Source: Octopus bimaculoides
Lineage: Eukaryota
DNA: 64,000 nt
NCBI RefSeq assembly: GCF_001194135.2
Contig: NC_068983.1
Span: forward strand, 136,527,047 to 136,591,046
Reading direction: 5' to 3'
The position numbers and the translations under genes were made by a program. The stretch's first letter is position 1. Each line of letters starts with the position of its first letter. Under the pieces are notes generated by a model, which was given only the letters and a program-made list of their open reading frames with translations, was not told the origin of the DNA and did not search any database. This document shows positions 1-13,257 of the stretch, piece after piece.

Positions 1-97
1 ACCACCTTTAAAATAACACATTGTATAATGTAGTTTAAGATAAGCAACATTTGAAAAAGAGATGTGATAGTTATAGCTGGAACATTTTTGATCATAA

Positions 98-381
98 ATC
101 ATCATCATCGTTTAACGTCTGTTTTCCTTGCTGGCATGGGTTGGACTGTTTGACTGAGATCTGGAGAGCCAGGAGGCTGCATCAGGCTCCAATCTGACCT
201 GGCAATGTTTCTACAGCTGGATGCCCTTCTCAATGCCAACCACTCCGAAAGTGTAGTGGGTGCTTTTTACTTGCCACCGGCACAGGAGCTAGTCAGGTAG
301 GCCTGACATCGATCACATTCAGATAGTGCCTTTTACATGCCACTGGCACAGGGGCCTGTCAGAGGGTACTGGCATCGGCCA
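98..381 (-). mobile_element. RTE LINE 3' UTR fragment with (GAT)n tail
   Basis: Starts (CAT)n-CGTTTAACGTC and matches the 3' end of the copy at 7945-8838, which is attached to an RTE ORF terminus. Confidence 0.85.
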
Positions 382-1749
382 TATAAATAATACCATAACA
401 AACTATGTGAAACTTTCTATGTAACTTAAGCTAATGAAATCACTGTTGTCTTTAAAAGGGGTATTACACACATCTTGTTCTGCTTTTATTTCAGGACAGC
501 ATGCCAACAATAAATATGGGATTTCTATGATCAGAACTCTAGTTGATTTTTTTGATAGCACCCCTGAGAGCACCCCTGGTCCAGTGATATAAGTTTTCTC
601 ATTTTAAAGTATTCATATTGAAATTTAAATCTTTCATTCTAATTTTATATAAGAATCTTTCATTAAGATATATTCCAAATCAACTTAAAGGAAGAAGTTA
701 CTTATTTTTGCTAAATCAGTCCAAATTCTCAACTATTTTCAAAGCAAATTAAAAAAACATTGAAAATGTAAGTACATTAGTAATGAAAAGAATTAAGCAA
801 TAGAATTCAACCAAAACTAACATGCCAGTGCTCTCATTACCATATGGTTGTCATGAATGTGTAGGAGATTCTGAAATCCCTGATTTGTTTGGCTCATCTT
901 TTCTCGTATTCAAACTGCTCTCTTTACAAAATAATAAATAAATAGAATCAGCTAAAATAGGACTTATAAATGATATCAGCTACAAAAATGACACCTCAAT
1001 CTAAATATATTATTATATTACTATATTACTATACTTTTCAAATCCCTCCACCTTACTCTAATCAGATATCACATGGATTGAGAGAAAAATGCTGAAACTT
1101 TTCCTTGGTTTTATGATTTAAATTAATATAACCTTCAGCAAGTACATTACTTTAGCCACAGATAATCTTTATCTTACTAACAACCAACTATAGTCTATAT
1201 CAATCCCATAAATTCTATTGCGTCATCTTCTTTTCAACTCTTCCGCCTTCTCTTTTCCCTTTGTCTTTTCCCTTTGTCTTCTTTCTTTGTTTTCCCTCTA
1301 TCTCTTTCATGATCTCCTTCTCTTCTGTCTCTTTCATGTCCTTATTATCATCATTATTATTATTTCTTCTTCTGTTAATCCCAAATTGAAGCACTTATGA
1401 AAGTTACACAATACTATTACTATATTTGCAGTGATAACATGGGACATAATCCAAACCAAAATAGCTAGCTTAATCTAAAACTTGCTTTCTATGAACAACA
1501 GCAAACAGCTACCTTTTATCTTCTGCTGTACAATATTTCATTCTTTACATTTTTTTGTTTGTTTTCCTCCCTAAAAATCCCACATGACATCATTTGAATC
1601 TAATCAATGCTTTTACATCTCACAGACAAATTACAATATATGTAGGCTACCCAGTAAAAATTGAAAGCAATTGATATAATGATCAAGTGTTTAAAGTTCA
1701 CTCAGTAGCATTGCATTTAATCCAATGTAGAATATACATTATTCTTGCT

Positions 1750-1975
1750 CAGTGTTTCCAACCAGAGTTCCCCCAGAACACAAGGGTTCTGTGAGAGGTT
1801 TCCCAAACAGGGTTACTCTGTAATCCCATGAGAGGTTAGTAGAGTTCCATGAGAAATGGTGCTAAATAAGCTAATTATATGCTGGCGCATTTTAGAGTTA
1901 CTTTTCTGTTTAATTTTGTATTTGTAATTTTAAAGAAATCCTGATTGGTGTTAAGGGGACCTTATAGGGAAAATT
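1750..1975. mobile_element. Degenerate hAT/Charlie-like MITE
   Basis: Begins CAGTGTTTCCAACC, resembling a Charlie TIR. Right end and TSD not recognisable. Confidence 0.35.
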
Positions 1976-2161
1976 ATCTTTTAATAGGGAATTGTAGGGA
2001 AATTTGGTCTAAAGAAGTTCTTGGTGAAGATGGAATTTGCTAAACATTCTTTGCAGCATCTGATGGATTTAACTTTACAAAAGTAGTTTATTCTCTTATG
2101 AAACTTCACTTTATAAAAGAGAAAGAAAAAAGATATATAATAATTATTATGTATCGAGTTA

Positions 2162-2806
2162 AATTGGACACTAAACTTCCACTTGCGAAGACCTGTTGAG
2201 GCAAGTGAAATCGAAATCGAGTTAAATTTGACGACTGGCACCCATGCTAACGTCGTCTCCCTCATTGGACACGAAACTCAGCTTGCGAAGACTTATTGGG
2301 GCAAGCGAAAGCGAAATTGTGATGGCATCTGTGCCCAGTTATGCCTTTCTGGCACTTGTGCCCGCGGCATGTGTAAGGACTTTCGAGCGAGATTGTTGCC
2401 AGTGCCCCTGCGGGTGGCACATAAAATACACCATTTTGAGCGTGGCCGCTGCCAGTACCGCCTGACTGGCCTTCGTAGGATTTTCGAGCGAGATCGTTGC
2501 CAGTGCCCCTGGACTGGCTCTTGTGCAGGTGGCACATAAAATACACCATTTTGAGCGTGGCCGTTGCCAGTACTGCCTGACTGGCCTTCGTGCGGGTGAC
2601 ATGTAAAAGCACCCACTACACTCTCTGAGTGGTTGGTGTTAGGAAGGGCATCCAGCTGTAGAAACTCTGCCAAATCAGATTGGAGCCTGGTGTTGCCATC
2701 CGGTTTCACCAGTCCTCAGTCAAATCATCCAACCCATGCTAGCATGGAAGGTGGCCGTTAAACGATGATGATGACGATGATGATGATGATGATGACGATC
2801 ATGACG

Positions 2807-2836
<30 letters not shown>
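2162..2836 (+). mobile_element. RTE LINE 3' UTR with internal tandem repeats and (GAT)n tail
   Basis: Reverse-complement match to 7945-8570, including the ~95 bp dimer and 45-65 bp repeats. Ends GTTAAAC(GAT)n. Confidence 0.88.
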
Positions 2837-2838
<2 letters not shown>

Positions 2839-4230
2839 GGAAACATGGAATGTATTTCAAGGATTCCCTAAGAGTAAAATAGTTGCATTATACTCATCTA
2901 GTCAGCTGACTTAAAACAGACCCAAGACACACCACAGAGTGATTTTAATCATTAGTGTTAAGAGGAACTGAAAATGCCGTGAAGTTCATTATCTTCATTT
3001 AGTATGTCATTGCAAATCAAACTGATAGAGTCTATAAAATTATGAAAATACTCTGAGCATTGTGTTAAAGTATTAGGATACCTTCAGTCTAGTGATCCAA
3101 TTCCAGTGAACTGGAAGTAGAAACAAGTATAAATAATTCTTTTGTGGTTATATAAGTATGAACTATCTAAATGTCCTGTATTTAGTAAAATTTATGTTAA
3201 GCGTGAGAAAAATAATTACTCTCAGGTAGTATGCAAATCTACAAAAATAGGTATATCAATAAAATGGTTGAGAAAATTGTAAATGAAGATTCTGCAAATC
3301 CTTATGAAATTGGCTTTTAGAATACTATAATGATGAAGATGAAATTCAATAACTTTATTAACCACAACTGAAACAAGATACCCAGTTACTAAAATGGAAG
3401 CCTTAGCATTATACTTGCCGAAAAATTAAATTGGTCTCAGACCATAGGTCACCATTTTCATTTTTAACAATAATTCAAGCTTGCAAAAGTAATATCTGCA
3501 TGTATTATAAAAACAACAGCATTTTATTATGAATATGCATTATCATGATTGGAATTTATTAATTTGGTTTAGATGAACATGATGATGATGATGATAAAGA
3601 TGATGATTTTTTTTATCCATTTTTTATAAATTAACATTATAAAATTTCAAAACATGAAAATAGGGAATAGTAATGGTAATATTTTATCTGGTATATTAAA
3701 AAGAATGATTAGTAGTAATTGGAGCAATTATTCTATTGTTGGGAGGCCATTCAGGTCATTAATAAATACGTTAACAGTTGATAATGGTATCTTGTGTAAA
3801 AGAGAATTAATTGTTCTACCAGCATTGATGATAAAAGCTGTGCATGGTGATGTGCATTGTGACTCAATAGCAACAAGGAAGTGGCTGGAATTAAGAGCAC
3901 ACTGGCCAAGCTACTGTAAAGATGTGGAACATTAAGTAAGATGTTGAACATATGCTGGAAAAATCTGATATTATCTTACACAGTTCATACTTAGCCTAAA
4001 GAAATTAAAACTTGGATACATTATGCATAAGGATCATGCTTATATATGAAGATGTTAGGACTGTTCCTTAATACGTTAATGCATCCTTTGGGTGGACAGA
4101 TATATTAAGGGTTATGAATAAAGAAGCACAAATAGTTATGCAGGTATTAAAGAACTGTGTTTTCCTGAAATAATATTCCAGAAAATTAATGTCTAATAAA
4201 GCCTGTTATTTTTATGATGATATGCATTTT

Positions 4231-5010
4231 CATCATCATCATCATCATTTAATGTCCACCTTCCATGCTGGCACAGGTGGGACAGTTTGACAGGAGCCAG
4301 CCAGGCAGAAACCTGCACCAGACTTCTGTGTCTGTTTTGGCAGGATTTTTACAGCTGGATGCCTGTCCTAACACCAACCACCCAGCAGAGTAGGCTGAGT
4401 GCTTTTTACATGGTTTTTACAGACGAGGTTAGTTTTGGTAAGGTTTTTATAGCTGGATGCCCTTCCAAATGCCAACCACTTTACAGTGTGGACTGGATGC
4501 TTTTTAAGTGGCACCTGCACTAATAGGATAACCAAGTAACTTGCAAGACAAAAATCTTTTGAGAGGAGAGGGGGCCTTGAAGGAGGTGATCTTGTGTCAG
4601 ATGATGGTTATAGTGAGACAGAAATAGGTGTCTTGTTGTAGAAGAGGTACAAGGTTACCCAGCTGGAGAGAGAGAGTGAGTGAGAGATCAGGAATGAGGA
4701 TAGAGACGGGTGTGCTGTCGTAAAGGAAATACATGGTTACCCAAACTGAGGAGAAGGAGAGAGAGGTGGGGGGAGACAGCAGGAGAGAGATGGTGGCGAA
4801 GTGCTGGTCATACTCGCAAGGGATGGCGATCAGAATATAAATGGGATGGTCGAGTAAAAGAAGAGATAGATGGTGGAAAGTGCTAGGGCATACGCTTGAG
4901 GTTTGAAGGTCATAATATGTGGCAGGAGCATGAGTAAAGTGTGGAGAAGGGGAATGCAGTGAGTGGTGAAAATCTGGGTATAAAAAGGGGGTGGGGAGGG
5001 GGCTGTTAAA
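4231..5010 (-). mobile_element. Older RTE-type 3' end plus purine-rich extension
   Basis: (CAT)n-TTTAATGTCCACCTTCCATGCTGGC and ACAGCTGGATGCC motifs. The downstream GGA(A/G)ATACATGG(T/C)TACCC block recurs near 17255 and 26190. Confidence 0.6.
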
Positions 5011-6615
5011 ATGGATTGCAACTTGGTGTTTTAGAATCTCTCATAATTATAACTTGATAAGAATTATATTTAAACCTTGTATATTAGACTCATATTGGTG
5101 TTTTCTGCATTAATACTTTCAAGATCAACCTGTAATTGAATGCATTGAGCATTGTAAATAAATCTTTTAGTTTATTTCACAATCTATTTGCTAGCAGATG
5201 TCTTGTTTGCAAGACATGTAAAGGGGAATCAAAGTTGTCCCAGATAGGCCTAAGAATTATTGTACTCACGTCTTTACCTTTTTCTCATTATTAAGTTCAA
5301 AAAGATGAGGCAGTGCCCAAAGCCTAAGTCTGAAAAAATAACTAGAGAATTAAAACTGGATCAATATTTACTTCTCTAGGAACCTACCTCCTCATTCACC
5401 TCACATATCGTCAGTAATAGACAACCAATACACATGCAAGCTGATCCTCTACATATTAGCTTGACTTGCTCAAAATAGCAGTCAAATTTTCTCCAAATGA
5501 CACTGTACTATTTAAAAACATAGAGATAAATGCATTAGATGTAATAGTCCTAAATGCACTACCTGAAAAAAGGAAGAATGAGTTTCATAATAGAGTGCTT
5601 TTGATCATACATTTGCTCAAGCTGGGCCAACATATGAACAGCAACAACCAACACTTATTTCACCAAATTTGGAAGAATTAAAGTCATCGTTGACTTACAA
5701 TTTGATTTGAATGCAGAAACATCAATCACCAAATGAAATATAAGAAAGCTTCATATCTAACATGTCAATACATGTAGAAAATAATAATAATAATAATAAC
5801 TGTCTCCTAAGAGTTGATACAAAGCTCAGGTTTCTTGATGTTAGGCAGATTCAATATAAATTTTCCACTGGATAAGACACATTTACATTTCAATTAACAT
5901 TCCCTAAGAATTTAATTCCTTATAACTTACAACTATGTAGACTGAAGTGCATAGCATTGAGAGTATAACTGAAATACGCAATATGAGTTGATAGTAAAAG
6001 AAGCTATTTATATTTAATCATTTTGCTCATACAACTACAATCCAGCTAACTATCTTTACATTGATATATATCAGTATAATACAGAATATATATACATAAT
6101 AGTGTCTGTGTACATGTGTTTCCTCACTGTCTTTTATTGGCATGTCAATTTTGGAAAAATTTTTAGATTGTCTTACTTTTCCATTTGGAATTTGTCCCAG
6201 TTACTACCAAACAATTGGTCTACCCTTTCTAAAAGTGGTAATAATTTCAATAAATCAAGAATTTATCCTGTATTCTTTTTAATTTAACCCTTATTCATAT
6301 TTGTTCTTCAAATATGTAAACTACTGACCACTCTGGGTTAGTTTTCTTAACCCATGTTTATTTCAGATATATACATGTATGTGTGCTTGAGAAAACCCAT
6401 CCAGTTGACATAGCACAGCATGTCTAAGATTCTGAAAGCATAACATGTTTGCACACAACTGGGTCCCTCCCCTGAGTCACTTCCTATTGATATTCATCCC
6501 ATCATCCCCATCCTACTTATATTCACCATCACCCACCACACTTTTGTTTATATTTATCCTTTATTCTCCCCCACTACACACAAATACATAAAAAACACAC
6601 TCTTACAAACTTTAA

Positions 6616-6838
6616 CCCTTTAGTGTTTACATTATTCTGCCATAATTAATGCTTTTTTTTATCCACGTTATTTTGAACTAATCATGCATTATCTCGTAGC
6701 TATGAGATTTTGATGAGGTAGCTGTTAATTTTTAAAACGATATTGTAGGGTTGGTGGGAGAGACCAGATCTGGCCAGTTTGAACATAGAATAGGCAGAAT
6801 ACTTTTGGCCGGATATGGCCGGTTTAAATGCTAAAGGG
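6616..6838. mobile_element. piggyBac-type MITE
   Basis: TTAA at 6612-6615 and 6839-6842. TIRs CCCTTTAGTGTTTACA / rc CCCTTTAGCATTTAAA. Confidence 0.85.
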
Positions 6839-7944
6839 TTAACATCTTCATCTCTTCAACATTCATCCCACCATCATTCTCCTATCTTCTGTATTATTCT
6901 GATGATGTAATTTTAGAACTTGTTGCTACATGCCATATCACACCATTGTTTCTGTATAGCAAGTTACCTTTTCCTCTCTTCTGATCTACTCCCAATTGAC
7001 ATCCATCTTTCATCCCATATTTACCAACCACTACCATTGTTCACCATTCACTACATTCACCTTCTACATACATCTGACCACCTCATTCTTCACTCCTCTT
7101 ACTTATCAGCTCCCCTGGGTATGTTTCAAACAACAACAAATCCTTTGAGTGAGATATGATGATAAAACATCTTCTATTCATAGCTGCGTGGTTGCATTCA
7201 TTTGTTCTTCTTGGCTCAGGGCATTTCAGCAATGACGTTCTCCTCTTTAATGGAATTATAACCTAAAGGGACTGGGACATCCTTGGCTGTAGGCATTACA
7301 GAAAATGTTAGAGCAGGATCTTGCTCTAACATTTTATTTTTTCCTTCATGTTGTTTCATACAGCTTGACACTGCAACATTTACTTTATTCTCTGCTATTG
7401 TTTGCATGCATGCAAACAAATATACATACATTTTAAAGTTATCTTCACAGATATTCTATAGAATTTAGATCCAGCACCAAAAGTTATAACATCTTGGATA
7501 CAAATAAGTCTATGTGATTGAAGATAGAAAACAGACAATGGGTGTATATGCATTTTCAGGAGTTATTGCTCTTTCTTCAGCACTACAGCCAATCCATTAA
7601 CCTTCCACAAACACATTGTTTAAACAGCCACTAAGTTTAGCAGTGAAACATTATTGGATAAACAAACTTACATATTAAACACATTCTTGGCAACTGGTAT
7701 GTAGGTACATCATATTTCATTCAGCAACCATAATATACTATCAAGTGATTGAATCACACTGCTAACTCAGAAAGGTAGAATATAGTATTGATTTCTAAAT
7801 CTTTACTATATTTAGTAGTATACTGTATCCCTACCAACAATACATACATATATACGTACATACATATACTCAAGAAGAACTTAAATTAAACTCAGAGAAA
7901 AACCATACATACATGCATGGATGCATACATATGTATGTGTGTCT

Positions 7945-8838
7945 CATCATCATCATCATCGTTTAATGTCCGCTTTCCATGCTAGCATGGGTTGGACGAT
8001 TTGACTGAGGACTGGTGGACCAGATGGCTACACAAGGCTCCAGTCTGATTTGGCAGAGTTTCTACAGCTGGATGCCCTTCCTAACGTCAACCACTCTGAG
8101 AGTGTAGTGGGTGCCTTTACGTGCCACCAGCAAGAAGGCCAGTCAGGAGGTACTGGCAATAACCACGCTCAAATGGTGTTTTTTTACGTGCCACCTGCAC
8201 AGGAGCCAGTCCAGTGGCACTGGCAATGATCTCTCTCAAATGTTTTTTCACGTGCCACCGGCACAAGTGCTAGGAAGGCGACGTTGGTAACGATCACGCT
8301 CAAATGGTGATATTTACATGCCACTGGCAAGGAAACCAGACAGCTGCTCTGGCAATGATCACGCTCGAACGGTGCTCTTAGAGCTCCACTGGTACAGGTG
8401 CCATCACGATTTCGCCTTCGCTTGCCCCAACAGGTCTTCGCAAGCAGAGTTTAGTGTCCAATGAAGGAAAGGTTGGCATGGGTGCCAGTCATTGAATTTA
8501 GTTCAATTTCGATTTCCCTTGCCTCAACAGGTCTTTGCAAGCGGAGTTTAGTGTCCAACGAAGGAAAGGTACGCATAAGTGGGCTGGCTACATCCCTGGC
8601 AGAGGCCTTGGATTTTGGTCTCACTTGGCTTGCTGAGTCTTCTCACACACAGCCTATTTATAAAGGTCTCGGTCACAAGTCATTGCCTCGGTGAGGCCTA
8701 ATGTTCGAAGGTCATGCTTCACCACTTCATCCCAGGTCTTCCTGGGCCTACCTCTTCCACAGGTTCCCTCAACCGCTAGGGTGTGGCACTTTTTCACGCA
8801 GCTATCCTCATCCATTCTTGCCACATATCCATACCAGT
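7945..8838 (-). mobile_element. RTE LINE 3' portion (ORF C-terminus, 3' UTR, tail), cut by an assembly gap
   Basis: Minus strand 8838-8621 reads WYGYVARMDEDSCVKKCHTLAVEGTCGRGRPRKTWDEVVKHDLRTLGLTEAM (RTE C-terminal RW.GH..RM / GRPRKTW motifs), with an internal stop, then a repeat-rich UTR and (GAT)n. Confidence 0.92.
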
Positions 8839-9340
8839 NNNNNNNNNNNNNNNNNNNNNNNNNNNNNNNNNNNNNNNNNNNNNNNNNNNNNNNNNNNNNN
8901 NNNNNNNNNNNNNNNNNNNNNNNNNNNNNNNNNNNNNNNNNNNNNNNNNNNNNNNNNNNNNNNNNNNNNNNNNNNNNNNNNNNNNNNNNNNNNNNNNNNN
9001 NNNNNNNNNNNNNNNNNNNNNNNNNNNNNNNNNNNNNNNNNNNNNNNNNNNNNNNNNNNNNNNNNNNNNNNNNNNNNNNNNNNNNNNNNNNNNNNNNNNN
9101 NNNNNNNNNNNNNNNNNNNNNNNNNNNNNNNNNNNNNNNNNNNNNNNNNNNNNNNNNNNNNNNNNNNNNNNNNNNNNNNNNNNNNNNNNNNNNNNNNNNN
9201 NNNNNNNNNNNNNNNNNNNNNNNNNNNNNNNNNNNNNNNNNNNNNNNNNNNNNNNNNNNNNNNNNNNNNNNNNNNNNNNNNNNNNNNNNNNNNNNNNNNN
9301 NNNNNNNNNNNNNNNNNNNNNNNNNNNNNNNNNNNNNNNT
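8839..9340. other. Assembly gap (N run)
   Basis: N run. Other gaps: 18078-18776, 44424-44450, 47336-47456, 53583-53592, 56451-56670. Confidence 0.99.
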
Positions 9341-9363
9341 ATATATATATAGTCACACATATA

Positions 9364-10276
9364 CAGTGATTTCTCAACTATCACATGTGTTATGTTCCAA
9401 AACCCCCTACGATAGCTAAAATCCGCGAAGTAGAAACAGTACAGTAGTATATATTTTTTTATCATTTTTATAATTTGTATATATCTATTTTATTATTTTT
9501 ATATATATAAGCTTTTATAAACTCGCCCCACACACTTGGGAGCACCTGTGTCTTCTCTTTTTTTGCAGATGAGGAACATAGTGATGGGCAGTTGCTGACA
9601 CTGCCTTTTCTTCTGTGTAAGGAGGTTTTTATAAACTTCCATGGCTCTGTCAATTGCATTTCTAAACTGCAATGCAAGAATCATCTGGCCATCTGAGTCC
9701 TCCATCATTCTCTGAAGTTCTTTTGCTAGAATTGAGAGATGTTCTAGTGATAGGCTGCATACCTTCTCCCTTCCTTAAGCATGTCAAGGAGTCTCACCTT
9801 CTCTGCTATAGTAAGCATCTTCCTCTGGCACTTGGGTTCATTGCCAGAAGCCTTAGAAGGTGCACAACATTTGGGTAACTTTATAGGACTTGCGATAAAC
9901 TCACAATTTTACACACAAAAGTAAAACAACACCACACACTTGCCTCCCAAGTTTCAATTTCCAAACAGTATGTGCGATTCTTTGTTTACTCATCTACAGT
10001 ACACTATGTATTTTCTTTTAATATATTTTAATTAATGTGTTATACAGTGCAGTACTGTACTGTATTTTTACTTATTATTTCATCAATTTGTAGGTGTGAA
10101 AATGTTTATTTTACCACAGAAATAATTAAAATCTAAAAAAATATAAATACTTATCAACCGCAGAAACCCATGATATACTGAGAAGTCCACAATATAAATT
10201 TATATATATTAGCCTGAAAAATCCACAATGTACTGAGGGCGCGATAGGTGAACCACGATGTGGTGAGTGATTACTG
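9364..10276 (-). mobile_element. Internally deleted Tigger/pogo DNA transposon
   Basis: TA flanks at 9362-63 and 10277-78. Imperfect TIRs CAGTGATTTCTC / rc CAGTAATCACTC. Minus strand gives PSKASGNEPKCQRKMLTIAEKVRLLDMLKEG (Tigger N-terminal HTH) next to LQFRNAIDRAMEVYKNLLTQKKRQCQQLPITMF (Tigger C-terminal tail). Confidence 0.85.
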
Positions 10277-10894
10277 TATATGTATATATAATGGAAGCTG
10301 AAATTTCACAAATCATTACTCCAAGTTTCTTATGCCAATCTTCAAACAGGCCTTAACAAAATTGTATGTGAGAGTATGTCCACATGTCAGCATGTATGAA
10401 TGCATTCATGTAAGAATGCATTCTCATTTACCTGCAAGAGTGGTGGATTGCAGTATATCTGCAGAATAAATGATTGATAAACTCTGTTTTGTTTGATGTA
10501 GAAATTATTACTCTTATAATGCTTGCTAAGGGAAATGACTAGGCTATAAAATCTTTATAAAACTTAAGCTATGTTGTTCAGGTTTTAGCTGCTATACAAC
10601 CTTTTTTCTCCATTTATTTGTTCTGGATCTTTTGGACTTGTTAGCAGTCGTATTTCTAAGGTTATCATAGCAGGGTTGTCGTTAAGGTACAGTTGAACTG
10701 TTGATCATGTAACAACATTCTACTTGTTTTTACTGTACATGTTTACAATTCCTTCCCCTCTGATAATTTCATTTGTGATTTTTAAGAATTTTGTATCAAC
10801 TTTATAGATTCTTTCACAAACAAATGGAGTTCCAGATATTCAAACTATTCTTAATATCTTCATTTGGTTATTGTTTAGACTTTATTTAACTCTG

Positions 10895-11050
10895 ATCCAG
10901 GAGACTCATGACATTCAGCTTTGACCTATCCAGTCTTTTTCTTCAGACACAGTGTATCTAGGATTACATTATCCAATGCATTTTCACAATTTTTAAAGAC
11001 AGTAAGACATTATTCAAGGAAAGTTTAACAGCTATTTCTAACAGATCTGG
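10895..11050. repeat. Unclassified dispersed repeat with GATTTGGCTGCTATTTCTAG-like core
   Basis: Similar blocks near 12130-12340 (reverse), 15600-15660, 37360-37520 and 45150-45230. Confidence 0.5.
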
Positions 11051-12829
11051 CTTGGTTATACAATGGTGAGGCATAGACTAGTGCAGAGTGACTCAAGATC
11101 ACTGTTTTGATGCTCTGTTGTTTTCAGATTCATATCTTTGCAGCCAGACCTTTGCGTTCGAGTAGGATCATTGTATATTTAAATTTTATTTTCTGCTTCA
11201 TGGTGCATATGTACCACAATGAAGTGTTTGTTTCTTCAAAATGTGCCCTTTTTGTGTCAAAGGTCTTGTTGGCAAGTAGCTTTATCAGTGCAGACTGTTT
11301 TTATTTAAAGTAGTGGGTATTTTATAGAAATCTTTTGTAATACTTTATAGATCATGGAACTTGCAGTTACTGGATTTTGATTCAGTTATTTGATGATTGT
11401 TTTTTATTTTCTGTGTAGCTCCAAACTGTTATAAAAATAACATTTAGCACTTAGCATTAATGATATTTGATAAACTCTTAGTGACTTCTAGACAAATCTT
11501 TTGATCTTCATACCAGTAGTATTGGTATGAGGTTGTGCTTAACAGATCTAAGATTCAATCCTCAACAGGTAAAAATAATTTGAAGATAGTAAACAAAAAC
11601 TCTTGGGTAAAACCGAGTATCCTAGAAATGCACTGCGGAAGTTTCTAACCAAACAGTTGATATTAGTCAGATATTTTCAAACTGAATCCAACATTTTTCC
11701 TACTCATCCAGAACAGTTACATATATTAATAGCCAAAGATAATAAAATGTATACATTCTCTTTGAAAATTTTACAAGGAACGGGATAGCTTCTTGATTGG
11801 CAAGTCTGTCTACACTTGGCTTTATGTCAGTGAATCTTGGTATATGTTTATTTACCATTCCTTAACACTAACGCACAGTTTTGCTTGTCTCTTCATATCA
11901 ATTGATTGCTTTTGATAATGGTGTATACAAACAGTATAAATTTGTTTGTAAAATTCTATTAATACACCGAAACAGTTTATTTGTATTCATACATTTAGCT
12001 CTGCTTCTCTCACTTCTTTCTTTTGAATTTCTTGTTTATAATTTTAAGTTCCAGGAAACAGAATATCCCAGTCTATGTAATCATATACATTGCCTGGTTT
12101 AGCACCAGTATGTGGTCCATCAACATCAATGATGAGAGACCCTTTTCATGATCAATGAGCCTGCTAAAAATAGCAGCCAAATTTCTTTCAATATAAACTC
12201 CCTGCCATCTTAAATAAAGAATAGACATATTAGATAATGTTATCTTAGAATTACTATATCTTTATCTTGAAAAAGAAAAACTATAGTCATGGTTGGATTT
12301 CATTTGGTCAAAGGTGAACTCAAATCAGGGATGAACTAAAGCTAAACAACAAGAATGACAATACCATTTAAAATCTTCACTCTATCGCAAAGATTTGGAT
12401 CAGACACCTGGGTCTGTGCTCACCTGTTGGTACTTGTTGTTCATACAAGCTGGATACATGTTAACTTGTTCCAATTTGCCAGCTTTAAGAGTTTAGTTGT
12501 GATAAGAAGAGCATTCAATTATAAAAACTATTTCTCCAATGACACAAGCTTTGAAAATTGGAGGTAGAACAGTTAAAAAGAAGATTTATAGATTGAATTC
12601 GTTGAATTTTGTTTTCTTTTCCTTGGATTTGTGGATACAGTTAATAGTGATTCTCCCCTTGTTCCTCAAAACACCAAGTTTATCCACCACAACAATGCAA
12701 CCACTGTGGTTTGGCAGAATGGAAACATTACAATTCTCTTTGAACCTAGCAGGATATAAGACTGAAAATAAACATGTTTATATATCTTTGTTGATGAAAA
12801 TATCATTCCTTTCATTTCCTACACCTCTT

Positions 12830-13050
12830 TATCATCATCATCATCATCACCATTTGCTTTCCATGCTGAAAAGGGTTAGACTGGGCATCTCATTTTAAGT
12901 CAGTTCCTATTTGAAGTTACTACCCTCTAGATATGTCCACTAACCATGCTTGCTTGCACATTTCATTTTGGTATGGATTGTATGGCTGGATGTCTTTCCT
13001 AACACCAACCAGTTTACAGATTGTAGTGATCACATTTTATCAAGAGAAGT
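12830..13050 (-). mobile_element. Degenerate RTE-type 3' end
   Basis: (CAT)n-TTTGCTTTCCATGCTG followed by GGCTGGATGTCTTTCCTAACACCAACC. Confidence 0.55.
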
Positions 13051-13257
13051 TTTCAATGTCCTCAAGGCTATGTGATGAGAAATTAGCTTTCAACTATATA
13101 ATTTTGGTTTCATTCCCACTGCACAACACCTTAAGCACATGTCTTCTGTTATAGCTCATAGCTAACTAAAGCCTTGTCAATGGATTTTTGGGGACAGAAA
13201 CTGAACAGAAGCCTGTCATGTGTGTGTGTGTATGAATATATATATATATATATCACC

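Noticed and set aside
7216-7431. Protein-like 71 aa minus-strand ORF (also 46934-47119 and 35285-35518)
   Set aside because: No recognisable domain or convincing splice context. A TBLASTN or RNA-seq hit would be needed.
8100-8400. Regularly spaced repeats superficially like a CRISPR array
   Set aside because: Eukaryotic context, degenerate units with related spacers, and located inside an RTE 3' UTR.
8691-9465. Long ORFs spanning N runs (also 17888-19008, 47191-47672, 56230-56796)
   Set aside because: Artefacts of translating assembly gaps.
12700-12740. GCAGAATGGAAAC could encode A-E-W-K, like the end of the preceding Cav1 exon
   Set aside because: No U12 or GT donor follows, and there is no LFCL..NP.R motif upstream.
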